DNA of 64,000 nt. Source: Minisyncoccota bacterium. Lineage in GTDB: Bacteria > Patescibacteriota > Minisyncoccia > JBAYJV01. The translations under genes and the position numbers were made by a program. The stretch's first letter is position 1, and each line of letters opens with the position of its first letter. The stretch is from assembly GCA_041664925.1 (NCBI GenBank), contig JBAYJV010000001.1:213438-277437 (forward strand), written 5' to 3'. This document shows, one piece after another, positions 1 through 10,095 of this stretch. The notes below the pieces were generated by a model. It had not been told where the DNA came from. It made no database searches and saw only the letters and a list, made by a program, of their open reading frames with translations.

Positions 1-179
1 ATATTTTCAACCGTACCCATAACGATTTTTCCTGTGTAATCGTTATGTTCCGATTCAGCTGCAAACTCTTCAGTGTTTTTCTTTAAATATTCTTCTAGTT
101 TGTCGTTGTGTTGACCATTAAAATCCCATTCATAGAGAGTTTGCATGGCAACACTTCGAGCTAAATGTCTTGAGCCCAT
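1..179 (-). CDS. nusB: Transcription antitermination factor NusB (N-terminal part; runs off window)
   Basis: Manual translation MGSRHLARSVAMQTLYEWDF is the typical NusB N-terminus; lies downstream of rpmF. Confidence 0.88.
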   Translation of the reverse strand, partial: MGSRHLARSVAMQTLYEWDFNGQHNDKLEEYLKKNTEEFAAESEHNDYTGKIVMGTVEN

Positions 180-229
180 TATAGTATAGAACTAATGAAC
201 ACAGATTAGAGAACAAATAATTCGTAAAA

Positions 230-559
230 TTATTCTACTTTTAATTCCTGCGCCCCCATTTCTCTTAATAATTTATTAAGTTCGATAAGCGCATTTGCTA
301 CTTCAAGGCGCACGAAGTCTGCTTTTTCTTCATTTCTGTCTATCATTCCTCCGCTATCTGGTATCATATGTGCCATATTGTATAGTTGCTCGAGCGGGGC
401 ATAACATTCCTCAATGGGCCTATGTAATTTTCTGATTTCTTCTCTTAACTTATTTTCTGTTTCTAGATTTTTTAAAAGTTCTGCTATATGTTCTGGTGTA
501 TTTTTATCTTCCAATTGATCGCCTTGCTCTTGTCCTGGCTTTAATTCTTGTTCTGACAT
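230..559 (-). CDS. Hypothetical protein
   Basis: ORF track; likely start MSEQELKPGQ at 559; acidic, helical, no motif. Confidence 0.6.
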   Translation of the reverse strand: MSEQELKPGQEQGDQLEDKNTPEHIAELLKNLETENKLREEIRKLHRPIEECYAPLEQLYNMAHMIPDSGGMIDRNEEKADFVRLEVANALIELNKLLREMGAQELKVE

Positions 560-644
560 ATTGTTAAATTTATAAATTAAATATAAAAATCTACTTATTC
601 TGAGCTTGTTAAAGAATTTCCATATCCGTGACAATGCGTTTTGT

Positions 645-932
645 TTAGTGCTTTTTTGAAAGATCGCCTAAGTCCAATGGCTTATTGGCTTTTGTGTCTT
701 TTTCTTCTTTGGCTAATTGTTTTGATTTTTCTTTTTTCTCTTTCTTGTCCAATTTTGCTAAAACATCCACTCTTTTTATTCCTTTATAATAGCCGCAGTT
801 TGAACAAAGATTATGAGGTAAAACTGGTTCACCGCAATGAGAACAGACCCTCAGGTCTATTTTTTTAATCTTAAGATGAGAGCGTCTTTGGTTGCGTCTG
901 GAAGTTGTGTGTCTCTGTTTTGGGACGGGCAT
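645..932 (-). CDS. rpmF: 50S ribosomal protein L32 with charged C-terminal extension
   Basis: MPVPKQRHTTSRRNQRRSH plus CSHC...CSNCGYY zinc ribbon. Confidence 0.96.
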   Translation of the reverse strand: MPVPKQRHTTSRRNQRRSHLKIKKIDLRVCSHCGEPVLPHNLCSNCGYYKGIKRVDVLAKLDKKEKKEKSKQLAKEEKDTKANKPLDLGDLSKKH

Positions 933-1049
933 GAATCAATAAACATTAAAAATGAATAAACATTCTTTCTTGCGAAAGTACGACTTTCCTTGGAAAGTAA
1001 AGTTAATGGTAGCAAATAATCTTGGAAAAGTAAAGAGGGGTTGGTCCTT

Positions 1050-1559
1050 TTACAAAAAAGAGTAAAGTAAAAAGCTTAAAAGCCAGCCTAAAACAGCTCC
1101 GCCCACAATATCAATCGGCCAATGAAGACCGGTAATGATTCGACAAATACCCACTATCAGGCCCATGACCAATACTACCGAACCAAAGATGGGTGAAAAA
1201 TAAAAAATAATTGTTCCTGCGGCAAATAAAGGAGCTGCGTGTCCCGAAGGAAATGCCGGATCATTTTTTTTCTTTTTTAATAATATTTTAGTTTTTTTAT
1301 TAAGATATGGCCGCTCTGTGAAATGAAGAGTCTTAATTAAAACTGCTGCCACCCATGAAAAAGTGCTAATCAACCCAATAGCTATTAAAGAATAACGGCT
1401 TAAGCCAAAGATTTTTGCTAACGAAGGCACCAGAAATAAGATTCCTAAAAAAATTGTAAAATAAAAAACAAAATCTCTTGCCCAGAAGATAAAAAATCTA
1501 TCAAGTTTTTTCGATCTTCCTACCAAGTTATTTAGTTTGAAAAATATTACTCTGTTCAT
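1050..1559 (-). CDS. PAP2-family phosphatase (BcrC-like undecaprenyl-PP phosphatase)
   Basis: K..RP, FPSGH and RI..GLHWPIDIVGG motifs; transmembrane helices. Confidence 0.9.
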   Translation of the reverse strand: MNRVIFFKLNNLVGRSKKLDRFFIFWARDFVFYFTIFLGILFLVPSLAKIFGLSRYSLIAIGLISTFSWVAAVLIKTLHFTERPYLNKKTKILLKKKKNDPAFPSGHAAPLFAAGTIIFYFSPIFGSVVLVMGLIVGICRIITGLHWPIDIVGGAVLGWLLSFLLYSFL

Positions 1560-1568
1560 CTTTTAATT

Positions 1569-2804
1569 TTACATATGCTCACCGAGCTCGCCTTTGATTA
1601 TATCTTTATGTTCTGCTATTCTCTTTTCAAAAACTTTTCCCAAAATACCTGCCAAGAAAATTGAAAGTGCCGCTATTGGAAAGAAAATAACAATTCTCGA
1701 GTCAGGAAAGAGCAAGAAGAAAAAACCAGCAAAAGCGTAGATAAAAAAAGTACCCAAGTTTTGGACAACTTCACAAAAGACAATAAATCTCCCTTCATGA
1801 ATCCTTTCTCTTTGGGTCGTATCATAAATATAGGCAGTTAAAGGAGTTGTATCTAAGGTATCGCCAATTTGAAGGAAACTTTGAGCGGCGACCGCTGAAG
1901 GAGCTCCTTGGACAAAAATTTTGGCAATTTGACCAAGTGATGCCAAGAAACAGCCCGATCGAAACACTTTTATTTTATCGTACTTATCAGTTGCATGAGC
2001 CGTATAGAAAATTATTACTAAAGAAAGTAGTAGAGATATAGAACTAATAATTCCCAAATTGGCGTAATTGATTGCTATAATGAAAAGGAAAAGAGGCCAA
2101 AAAATTGTACTAATCCCAGAGTCAACTCCGTAAAGCATTAAAGATAATGTTTTTAATCGCCATCCTTTTTTGAAAATAAGACCAATTGCTGATTTATATG
2201 AATCTTGATAATGGGGCTTAATTTCAATGCTCAATATCAGAGGAATCATAGATAAAAGAAGAATAATCGTAACAATAATAAATAAAATATGAAAACCAAA
2301 CTCTGTTAAAATGAAAGCTCCTATCAATGGTCCCGCAACTGATCCAGCTAGCGTGATGACATTTAAAAAGCTTAACTGTTTTCCCCTTTTCTTTCTGCTT
2401 GATAATTTTGCAAAATCGGCATGAAAAGCCGGAAGAAAAGTGATTCTATAAAGAGTTGCTGCTATGGGCGCCAAATAAATTAACCAAGCCATTTTCCCTG
2501 AAAAAAATAAAAGAAGATAAAATGCCATTAAAAACGGGATTGAAAGAAGCATGCTATGCTTAACTCCGTACCTGGCCATTAATCTGCCACCAAGAGGAAC
2601 AAGTAAACTGTGTCCTCCTAAAATAAAAGCGTAAAACAAAAAAACCTTAGAAAGACTATTTCCAAAAAAAGTATAAAGAAAAATTGGTTCGTAAAGACCA
2701 ATTAACTGAATGCCGAAACGTCTTAATCCAACACTGTAATAAATCTCATCTACGCTTCGATGAATGAAATAATTGAAAATATGTTTGGGTCTATGAAAAA
2801 TCAT
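1569..2804 (-). CDS. MFS transporter
   Basis: 411 aa, about 12 hydrophobic segments, motif-A-like GGRLMARYGVK. Confidence 0.85.
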   Translation of the reverse strand: MIFHRPKHIFNYFIHRSVDEIYYSVGLRRFGIQLIGLYEPIFLYTFFGNSLSKVFLFYAFILGGHSLLVPLGGRLMARYGVKHSMLLSIPFLMAFYLLLFFSGKMAWLIYLAPIAATLYRITFLPAFHADFAKLSSRKKRGKQLSFLNVITLAGSVAGPLIGAFILTEFGFHILFIIVTIILLLSMIPLILSIEIKPHYQDSYKSAIGLIFKKGWRLKTLSLMLYGVDSGISTIFWPLFLFIIAINYANLGIISSISLLLSLVIIFYTAHATDKYDKIKVFRSGCFLASLGQIAKIFVQGAPSAVAAQSFLQIGDTLDTTPLTAYIYDTTQRERIHEGRFIVFCEVVQNLGTFFIYAFAGFFFLLFPDSRIVIFFPIAALSIFLAGILGKVFEKRIAEHKDIIKGELGEHM

Positions 2805-2825
2805 TGTGTGTCTTTTAATTAGTCT

Positions 2826-2887
2826 CTGAGGACTTGTCTCTCAGGGCTAATCCCTGAGGACTTGTCTCTCAGGGTCAATCCCTGAGG
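2826..2887. repeat. 28-bp tandem repeat (about 2.2 copies), internally palindromic
   Basis: ctgaggacttgtctctcaggg(ct/tc)aatcc twice, then ctgagg; overlaps the tsaC stop. Confidence 0.85.
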
Positions 2888-3447
2888 ATTCTTGGAACAT
2901 TTCCAGAAGCATCAATCACTTTTGATGGCTTATGTTCTTCCAGTTCTCCGCCATCTAAAATTAAATCTGGCCTTATCTTTTCTTTTTTAAAAATTTCTAT
3001 AATCCTTCTTATGTCATTCCCTAATGGTTCACCAGAAAGATTGGCTGATGTTTGAGCAAGGGGAAATCCTAGCTCGTCTATGAGCGCTATTACTAGCTGG
3101 GAATTGGGAATACGAATACCAATTGTTTCCTTTTGAAAGGGGAGTTGTCTTATAAGTGGTAAAACAAAAGTATTGGCCGATTCTAATAATCTTTCCTGGT
3201 CTTTTCTTATTGTAGCATAATCTCTGGCCATCAAGATATCCCCAACGAAAGTCCCTATTGGCTTTTCTATGTCTCTTTTTTTTATCTCGAAGATTTTTCT
3301 AATCGCTACCTCGTCAGTCGCATCACACACCAAACCATAAACCGTGTCCGTTGGCACAATAACCACGCCGCCTGATTTGATCACATTGGCAGTTTTTTGA
3401 ATAACTGTTTCATTTAAATTTTCCAAATCAATTTTTAAAATTTCCAT
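2875..3447 (-). CDS. tsaC: L-threonylcarbamoyladenylate synthase (TsaC/Sua5)
   Basis: PTDTVYGL, KKR, GIRIP and TSANLSG motifs. Confidence 0.95.
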   Translation of the reverse strand: MEILKIDLENLNETVIQKTANVIKSGGVVIVPTDTVYGLVCDATDEVAIRKIFEIKKRDIEKPIGTFVGDILMARDYATIRKDQERLLESANTFVLPLIRQLPFQKETIGIRIPNSQLVIALIDELGFPLAQTSANLSGEPLGNDIRRIIEIFKKEKIRPDLILDGGELEEHKPSKVIDASGNVPRILRD

Positions 3448-3493
3448 AATAGACAGATTTTAACATTCAAATTATAAAATAAAAAGGTCGGAG

Positions 3494-3880
3494 TTATTGC
3501 TCCGACCTTGTCATTTTCTCAAGCACTTCTTGTTTCTTTAGTTCTTCTTCTAGTTTATCTAGATACTTGAGAACTGCCCTCCGTTCTTTTTGGCTAAGAC
3601 CATAGAAATTTCCTTGCCTGAGATGATCCATAGTCTCCCGTAAGATTGTGATTCTTTCTTTTTGAGAAAGTCTTAATGCTTCCTCAAAAATTCTTAATCT
3701 ATCTTGTCTACCCGCCCTAACGACTGATATTTCATCTTGCGCTTCTACTTTTCTTGATGCTTGCAATTCTTCTAATGCGCAATCGATAATATTACGAATT
3801 ATGTCTTTTTGATATTCTGCTAAAGATTCAGAGTATCTATTAGCTGCTTCAAGCGCGTTAACCAGTCTCAGCGAGATCAT
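3494..3880 (-). CDS. Hypothetical protein (stand-alone cassette)
   Basis: GGAGG before ATG 3880; TTGACT..TACGAT promoter upstream. Confidence 0.7.
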   Translation of the reverse strand: MISLRLVNALEAANRYSESLAEYQKDIIRNIIDCALEELQASRKVEAQDEISVVRAGRQDRLRIFEEALRLSQKERITILRETMDHLRQGNFYGLSQKERRAVLKYLDKLEEELKKQEVLEKMTRSEQ

Positions 3881-3987
3881 TATTTCCTCCTTTTTGTTAG
3901 ATTTCTTTTTCTCTCCGTATCGTATCACGCTTAGAATAAAGAGTCAAGACATATAAAAAAAGGCGAGCCTTGCTCGCCTGTAATGAT

Positions 3988-4881
3988 TTACATCTTCCTC
4001 AAGGCTTCATCAACAACTTGAAGCACAGGAGTAGTCTTGTAAGGATAAACACCCTCCACTGCTCCCTGATGTTTGCCAGATTGCCAACTGGCAACGATTT
4101 TCCCTGTTGGTTTAAACCCCTCTAATTCATAAGCATTAACCACTCGGTTAATAGGCTTATTACCAACAACTTCTCCATCGAGAACAATTAGATCTCCAAG
4201 CTTACAATCTAGCTTCAGGTGAAGTATTGTAAGAACATCAATCCCTCTAGTTTTGCGATCCAGACAAACTAGTGCTTGACAAATACGTTCTTTGCCTCGC
4301 CAAACAACTTTTACTTCCTGCGTAAAAGGAGTATCAATAAGAGACGCTTTAACTTCGTACAAGGGAACACTGCTTAGCTCTGAAAAAAGCCTTGATCCGC
4401 TTCTAACAATTTCTTCAAGTGCCAAATCAAAACCGAAATGATCTTGTTCAAGACATGGGCACACTAGACCGGTCGGCGTCTTCAGGAAAACTTCCTCTAC
4501 CCCTTCTCTTAGTGCAGTTCTCAGAGGATAACATATCTCTTCAATAGATCCTCCCAGACCTGAACCAATCGTATCACAATCAGGATAACTAGGCGCTCCT
4601 TTATCTCGATGAAGAGCCAATAAAACTTGCTGGCCATCGCTCAATTCGACAATCATCGCTGCTCCACCAGCTGGCCAACGCCAATCAGTGTTTGAACTAG
4701 CCTCAATGACCTTGCGGCTAAGCTTATTGACTGCCACAGAAGGATTATCAGCTATTTCAACTCGCAGATGTCCTGGTGTAATAGTAACATCAGATGTTTG
4801 TACTAGTAAAAAGGTCTCTTTTTCTTGAATTGCCAACAACTCCGCTAGTGTCAGCAAGGGAATCTGTCTCACCTCATCCAT
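3988..4881 (-). CDS. Nudix-like protein, paralog of 5067..6014
   Basis: Variant Nudix box GSGLGGSIEEICYPLRTALREGVEEV; AAGGAGG before ATG 4881; terminator at about 3955-3980. Confidence 0.7.
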   Translation of the reverse strand: MDEVRQIPLLTLAELLAIQEKETFLLVQTSDVTITPGHLRVEIADNPSVAVNKLSRKVIEASSNTDWRWPAGGAAMIVELSDGQQVLLALHRDKGAPSYPDCDTIGSGLGGSIEEICYPLRTALREGVEEVFLKTPTGLVCPCLEQDHFGFDLALEEIVRSGSRLFSELSSVPLYEVKASLIDTPFTQEVKVVWRGKERICQALVCLDRKTRGIDVLTILHLKLDCKLGDLIVLDGEVVGNKPINRVVNAYELEGFKPTGKIVASWQSGKHQGAVEGVYPYKTTPVLQVVDEALRKM

Positions 4882-4954
4882 CTTTGTTCCTCCTTTATAG
4901 AACAGGACTTTTTGTCCCGCACCATAAACACGTTGTTTAAAGTACTGTATCTGT

Positions 4955-5029
4955 ATTCTATGGTATTTTTTTAAAAAAGTCAATCTATTTAGTAATATTA
5001 TTGACAAGTTTGAAATAATTTGATAGGAT
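4955..5029. promoter_or_regulatory. Back-to-back divergent sigma70 promoters
   Basis: (-) TTGACT 4978-83, 17 nt, TAGAAT 4955-60; (+) TTGACA 5001-06, 17 nt, TAGGAT 5024-29. Confidence 0.75.
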
Positions 5030-5066
5030 GTTGTCAGTTCTCAAACAAAGCATAAAAGGAGACGCA

Positions 5067-6014
5067 ATGACTTTCAAACAATTAAGCGAAGTGACTGGTC
5101 AAAGAGTTGATCTTTTGACTGTAAGAACAACTAATGCTAGTGTTTTTCAGAATCAATTAGTAGTTCATCTTAATCCAGATCCCGAAGTTTTAACAACTTC
5201 TCGCGAGCGAAGAGAGCACGGTCAAAGTGACAATCACGAATGGCTTAAGTCCCAGATTAAAAAAGTAGAGAGTTCTTCTTCTATAGCAATTATTAATGTA
5301 GCTGACCAAGATCATCCTCTTGAGGTTGTCACGGGAGATGTCTGTGTTGTCCTTGTCGTTGAAGGCAAGCGCTATATTGTGAGCTTGTTGCGAGATATCT
5401 GGCCTGTGGGCTGGCTTAGTCCGGGAGGATGTCCCAGAAGTTTTATAGAACTTTTGAATATTGTGGCTGTGGCTGAAAGAGAAGCTTGTGAAGAACTGAT
5501 CATTGCTGACACTGATATCAATATCTATGTCTTAGATTCTCCTCAAAATGTAGCACGTCACAAAGAAATACTAAGAATTCTTGGACTTTATGAACACAAG
5601 CAGAAATTCCATTTCCTCTGCACAGCACAGGTGCGAGAATTAAGTCCCTATCCTGGACATGCTAATCGTTTAACTATCTACCAAGGCGGAGAACAACTTT
5701 GCGATATCGGCAATCTCAATCTGTCTATTGATCCTGTGACAGCTTCTGTCGCAGCGACGCTTTATTGGGAAATTGAGCTGCCTATTCCTTTGTCTAAACT
5801 TCGCCTGTTTGATGGAGAGCTTCTTCCTGACGGATCACTTCTCGGTCGCCCGGTAAGACTAACCCAAAAAATTGCTCTTGCCGAAGCGCCAAGTAATGAC
5901 AAAGACGAAGTTGCCGCGCTTTTCTATCGCGGAATCAATGTTCTTAATACCAGCTGGCTAAGCCCGACCATGGCTTCCAGAATCGTTGATCCCAAACAAC
6001 CTGTTCTTTCTTAA
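5067..6014 (+). CDS. Nudix-like protein, paralog of 3988..4881
   Basis: Variant Nudix box PGGCPRSFIELLNIVAVAEREACEEL; AAGGAG before ATG 5067. Confidence 0.7.
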   Translation: MTFKQLSEVTGQRVDLLTVRTTNASVFQNQLVVHLNPDPEVLTTSRERREHGQSDNHEWLKSQIKKVESSSSIAIINVADQDHPLEVVTGDVCVVLVVEGKRYIVSLLRDIWPVGWLSPGGCPRSFIELLNIVAVAEREACEELIIADTDINIYVLDSPQNVARHKEILRILGLYEHKQKFHFLCTAQVRELSPYPGHANRLTIYQGGEQLCDIGNLNLSIDPVTASVAATLYWEIELPIPLSKLRLFDGELLPDGSLLGRPVRLTQKIALAEAPSNDKDEVAALFYRGINVLNTSWLSPTMASRIVDPKQPVLS

Positions 6015-6122
6015 GATTTGAATACAACTAGATATGTACGAGGTTCGACCTCGTACATTTTATTTATCAATATTTATTGATTAAAAAAACAGGGTTTTCT
6101 TTTACAAAAAACCCTGCTATTT

Positions 6123-6347
6123 CTAAGTTGCGGTCGCAATTTCCCTTCTAATCTGATCTCTGATATCGGCGTCTTCACTATCTGTTAAACCAAGGGCAAG
6201 TCTCATTCCATATAATTTTTGCCATGTATCGCTTTCCTCTTTAAGAGTGTACTCTATTTTGTGCTTCTTGCATTCCTCTGGTCTTAATATAGATTTTTTT
6301 ACTTCTCTCTCATAAACTTCCCGCCCTTCTTCGATAGTTTTGTGCAT
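6123..6347 (-). CDS. Hypothetical protein (74 aa, cassette)
   Basis: GGAGG before ATG 6347; the upstream part of the listed ORF is the leader motif. Confidence 0.65.
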   Translation of the reverse strand: MHKTIEEGREVYEREVKKSILRPEECKKHKIEYTLKEESDTWQKLYGMRLALGLTDSEDADIRDQIRREIATAT

Positions 6348-6357
6348 TTTCCCCTCC

Positions 6358-6420
6358 ATTAGAGATTGTTGCTGAACTACAGTGAAGTTAGAAACTCTTA
6401 GGTCCCGGCTTGCCGGGACC
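6358..6420 (-). promoter_or_regulatory. Two-hairpin leader motif, copy A
   Basis: P1 GGTCCCGGCAAGCCGGGACC followed by TAAGAGTTTCT...CAATCTCTAAT and GGAGG. Confidence 0.75.
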
Positions 6421-6527
6421 ACATTTATTTCCAAGAACTATCGACATCCTAACACATTAATAATTTTTGTCAAGAATTCAGCGTTCTCTGTTCTGAATTC
6501 TATATTCTAACTTCTGACTTCTGGTTT

Positions 6528-7037
6528 TTATTCTATTTTCCCCATTTCTATTTTAAACCACGGCGCATAAATTTCTGGATGGTTTTTTATGTCTTGTTTT
6601 AAGTCTTCAATATCAACCCATTTCCATTCTTCAATTTCTTCTGGATTTGGTTTTATTTCATCGCCCTCATATTCTCCAAAAAAAACTGAACACAATTCAT
6701 TCTCAGAACCAATATCTTTATATTTTACTTTATAAGAAAATTTAAATTTATGTTCCAATTCAGCTTCAATGCCTACTTCTTCTTTAAGTCGTCTTTTTGC
6801 CGCATCAAGATATTCTTCGTCTTTTCTTGGATGGCTGCAGCAAGTATTCGCCCAAAATCCTGGCCAAAGCATTTTACCTTGCGCTCTTTTTTGAATAAGC
6901 AATTTTCCTTCACTATTAAAAATAAAAATAGAAAAAGCGCGATGCTTTTTTCCTTCGCCTAGATGAGCTTTTAACTTTTCTTCGCACCCTAAAATATTAT
7001 CTTGTTCATCCACCAAAACTAAAATATCTTGTCGCAT
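6528..7037 (-). CDS. idi: Isopentenyl-diphosphate delta-isomerase, type 1
   Basis: HRAFSIFIF, LLIQKRA, WANTCCSHP, ENE and PWF motifs; start MRQDIL. Confidence 0.95.
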   Translation of the reverse strand: MRQDILVLVDEQDNILGCEEKLKAHLGEGKKHRAFSIFIFNSEGKLLIQKRAQGKMLWPGFWANTCCSHPRKDEEYLDAAKRRLKEEVGIEAELEHKFKFSYKVKYKDIGSENELCSVFFGEYEGDEIKPNPEEIEEWKWVDIEDLKQDIKNHPEIYAPWFKIEMGKIE

Positions 7038-7044
7038 AAGTTTA

Positions 7045-7172
7045 AAAAATTCAAAACGCAAAGCGCAAATCTCAAAGCCACAGCTCAAAATTAAAAACTA
7101 ATAAATTATAAGATTAAAAAGATTTTAGTTTTAAGTTTAGTTTTGACTTTTGAACTTTGAGTTCTGAGTTAT
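7045..7172. repeat. Intergenic inverted heptamer-repeat hairpin with no ORF
   Basis: A-rich 7-nt-periodic arm (ttcaaaa/cgcaaag/ctcaaag) followed by a complementary T-rich arm (ttttgac/ttttgaa/ctttgag). Confidence 0.75.
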
Positions 7173-7200
7173 CAATGAGTTAATTCAAAATTCTATAATA

Positions 7201-8193
7201 TTATCCCAATATCTCCATAATCGTTTTTGCCAATTTATCCGAATCATGACGAATCAAGGTTCGTTTTAATAAATCACTTTTTTCTTGTTTGTGAATTTCT
7301 CTACTTAACAAATTTTTACCTATAAATACCTTGCCATCTTTTTTGAAATTCTTTTCAGATGGAACCTTTACAAGTTCGCCTTCTTTATTATATTTATTAA
7401 GTAATTTTTTGTCAGGCGTTTCTGTATTAAATAAAACAATGTCAATTGTATTTTTTTCTAGATAACTTTCAATGGTTTGAACAAAATCAAATACAGAAGA
7501 ATTGTCAGCCTGACCATGTTTGGTCATTAAATTAATATTATAGAGAATCTTTGCTTTGGTTTGTTTTAGTGCTTTTGTAACACCATCAACTAAAAATAGA
7601 GGAATTAAGCTTGAGTAAAAATTGCCCGGCCCGATGATAATCAAATCTGCTTCTTTGATTGCAAAAAATGCTCTTGGATTTATTTTCGCTTTTGGTTGCA
7701 AAAATATTCTTTTTAGAGGATGTTTCCTTAATAATTTACATTCGGTAATTTCGTGTTCGCCAAAAAGGATCTTGCCATTTTCTAGTTCTGCCAATAATTT
7801 TGCTTTATTTAAAGTTACAGGAATGACTTTGCCTTGCAATGCTAAAATCTGATGGAGTTTTTCAAGCGCTTGATCAAAGCCACCTTCCATTTTTTCCAGC
7901 GCGGAGATCAAAAGATTGCCTAAGTTATGGCCCTTGAGTCCTCCTTTTGTAAAACGGTAACAAAAAAGCTCGCGCATAATTTCAGAAGATTCTGAAAGCG
8001 CTACCAAGCATTGTCTAATATCTCCGGGAGGAAGCACGCCCAATTCATCGCGTAAGATTCCGCTTGAACCGCCATCATCGGTCATAGCAACAATCGCGCT
8101 AAGATTAACTGGGTATTTTTTTAATCCACGCAAAACTGTATAGGTTCCAGTTCCTCCGCCCATAACAACAATTTTTTTTGTTTTAGCTGTCAT
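7201..8193 (-). CDS. yvcK: YvcK/GlmR (CofD-like gluconeogenesis factor)
   Basis: GGGTG, DDGGSSG, PPGDIR, GHNLGN, GPG and RHDSDKL motifs. Confidence 0.93.
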   Translation of the reverse strand: MTAKTKKIVVMGGGTGTYTVLRGLKKYPVNLSAIVAMTDDGGSSGILRDELGVLPPGDIRQCLVALSESSEIMRELFCYRFTKGGLKGHNLGNLLISALEKMEGGFDQALEKLHQILALQGKVIPVTLNKAKLLAELENGKILFGEHEITECKLLRKHPLKRIFLQPKAKINPRAFFAIKEADLIIIGPGNFYSSLIPLFLVDGVTKALKQTKAKILYNINLMTKHGQADNSSVFDFVQTIESYLEKNTIDIVLFNTETPDKKLLNKYNKEGELVKVPSEKNFKKDGKVFIGKNLLSREIHKQEKSDLLKRTLIRHDSDKLAKTIMEILG

Positions 8194-8265
8194 TGGAATT
8201 AATATTTTAAAATAATGAATTTTTCCAGCACTTTTCACTTTTAATTTTTAACTTTGCATTTCTTA

Positions 8266-10095
8266 TTATTCTACTGTTACTGATTTTGCCAAATTTCTCG
8301 GCTTATCAATGTCGCAACCACGCAACACCGCTACATAATAAGCAAATAATTGAAGAGGGATAACGCTTAAAATCGGCGTTAACATTTCAAGAGTTTTCGG
8401 AATATAAATAATGTCTTTAGTTATACTTTGTATTTTTTTATCTCCTTCGGTCGCAATCGCTAAAAATGGCCCTTTTCTTGCTTTAATTTCCTCCATAGCT
8501 GAAACTATTTTTTCATAAACACTGTCTTTGGGAGCTAAAAAGAAAGTCGGGAAATTTTCATCAATCAGAGCAATCGGACCGTGTTTCATTTCTCCAGCTG
8601 AATATCCTTCAGCGTGAATATAGGAAATTTCTTTAAGTTTCAATGCTCCTTCTTCTGCGACCGGAAAATTATATTTGCGTCCTAAATAAAAGAAGTCGTT
8701 GTAGTGACAATATTTTTTCGCTAAAGATTTAATAGTATTTTTTTTATCCAATACATTTTCTGCCAGTTCCGAAAGTTTGCCTAACTCATCAATAATTCTT
8801 CTTCCCATTACAAGTGACATATTTCTTTGCCTTCCTAAAAAGACCGTTAAAAGGGCTAGTACAACCAATTGAGATACAAATGCTTTTGTTGAAGCCACAC
8901 CGATTTCCGGACCAGCATGATTATAAATTCCCGCATCAGTTTCTCTGGCAATCGTCGATCCGACAACATTGATAATTCCCAAGGTTAGTACTCCTCTTCT
9001 TTTTGCTTCTCTTATTGCTAATAAAGTATCAATAGTTTCTCCTGATTGAGAAATTGCCAAGATAGCAGTATCTTCGTTCAAGATTGATTTTCGATAACGA
9101 AATTCAGAAGCATTTTCAACTTCGACAGGAATTTCCGCATACTCTTCAATCATGTATTTCCCAACCTTGCCCGCTAAAAGGGCAGTTCCCATGCCCAAAA
9201 TAATAATTCTTTTTATTTTCTTTAATCTGTCTTCCACTAGCTCTAATCCACCAAGTTTAACCATTCCATCTTTTGGAACAATTCTTCCTCTTATCGCATT
9301 CTCAATAACTTCTGGGATCTCATTCATTTCTTTCAACATAAAATGATCATATCCTGATTTCTTAGCCTGTCCAATGTCCCAATCAAGATAATTAGCTGAT
9401 CTTTCTATCTTTTTATTGTCAAGTGTTGAAAGAGAAAAATCTTTATCAGTAATTACTCCTATTTCTCCATCATTTAAATAGATAACTTTTCTGGTGTGAG
9501 CCAAAATTGCCGCTGCATCAGAGGCAATAAAGTTTTCGCCATCGCCCAATCCAACAATTAAAGGACTCGAGTTTCTGGCAAAAACGATTTTTTCAGGATC
9601 TCTTTTCGAAATTACAGCAATTGCATAGGCACCAATAACTTGCCTTAGTGATTTTTTAACCGCTTCTTCGAGAAGATTTTCAAAATTATCTTCGATAAGG
9701 TGAGTTAGAATTTCCGTATCTGTTTCGGTAATAAATTTGTGTCCTTTTTTTTGTAGTTTTTCTTTTATGGTTTTTGCGTTCTCTATAATGCCGTTATGAA
9801 CAAGATAAATTTCTTTTTTGCAATCCCATATGGGATGGGCATTTTTATCTGATGGCTCTCCGTGAGTCGCCCACCTGGTATGAGAAAGACCAGTATTGCC
9901 AGTAATTGTTTTTCCTGAAATTGTTCTTTCTAAATTCTCTATTCTTCCTTTCTTTTTATAACAACCGCCCTTGCCATTTTTACCAATTACAACTATGCCA
10001 GCTGAATCATAGCCACGATATTCAAGTCTTTTAATGCCTTCCATCAATATAGAAAAGGCTTGTTTTTTACCAACATAACCAACTATTCCACACAT
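8266..10095 (-). CDS. glmS: Glutamine--fructose-6-phosphate aminotransferase
   Basis: MCGIVG, HTRWATHG, SQSGET, C-terminal PRNLAKSVTVE. Confidence 0.99.
   Translation of the reverse strand: MCGIVGYVGKKQAFSILMEGIKRLEYRGYDSAGIVVIGKNGKGGCYKKKGRIENLERTISGKTITGNTGLSHTRWATHGEPSDKNAHPIWDCKKEIYLVHNGIIENAKTIKEKLQKKGHKFITETDTEILTHLIEDNFENLLEEAVKKSLRQVIGAYAIAVISKRDPEKIVFARNSSPLIVGLGDGENFIASDAAAILAHTRKVIYLNDGEIGVITDKDFSLSTLDNKKIERSANYLDWDIGQAKKSGYDHFMLKEMNEIPEVIENAIRGRIVPKDGMVKLGGLELVEDRLKKIKRIIILGMGTALLAGKVGKYMIEEYAEIPVEVENASEFRYRKSILNEDTAILAISQSGETIDTLLAIREAKRRGVLTLGIINVVGSTIARETDAGIYNHAGPEIGVASTKAFVSQLVVLALLTVFLGRQRNMSLVMGRRIIDELGKLSELAENVLDKKNTIKSLAKKYCHYNDFFYLGRKYNFPVAEEGALKLKEISYIHAEGYSAGEMKHGPIALIDENFPTFFLAPKDSVYEKIVSAMEEIKARKGPFLAIATEGDKKIQSITKDIIYIPKTLEMLTPILSVIPLQLFAYYVAVLRGCDIDKPRNLAKSVTVE

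Noticed and set aside
6348-6434. N-terminal extensions in the ORF track (also 7038-7088, 12924-13094, 4882-5007, 25880-25942)
   Set aside because: They run through promoters, terminators or repeats; downstream ATGs with SD or family-typical starts fit better
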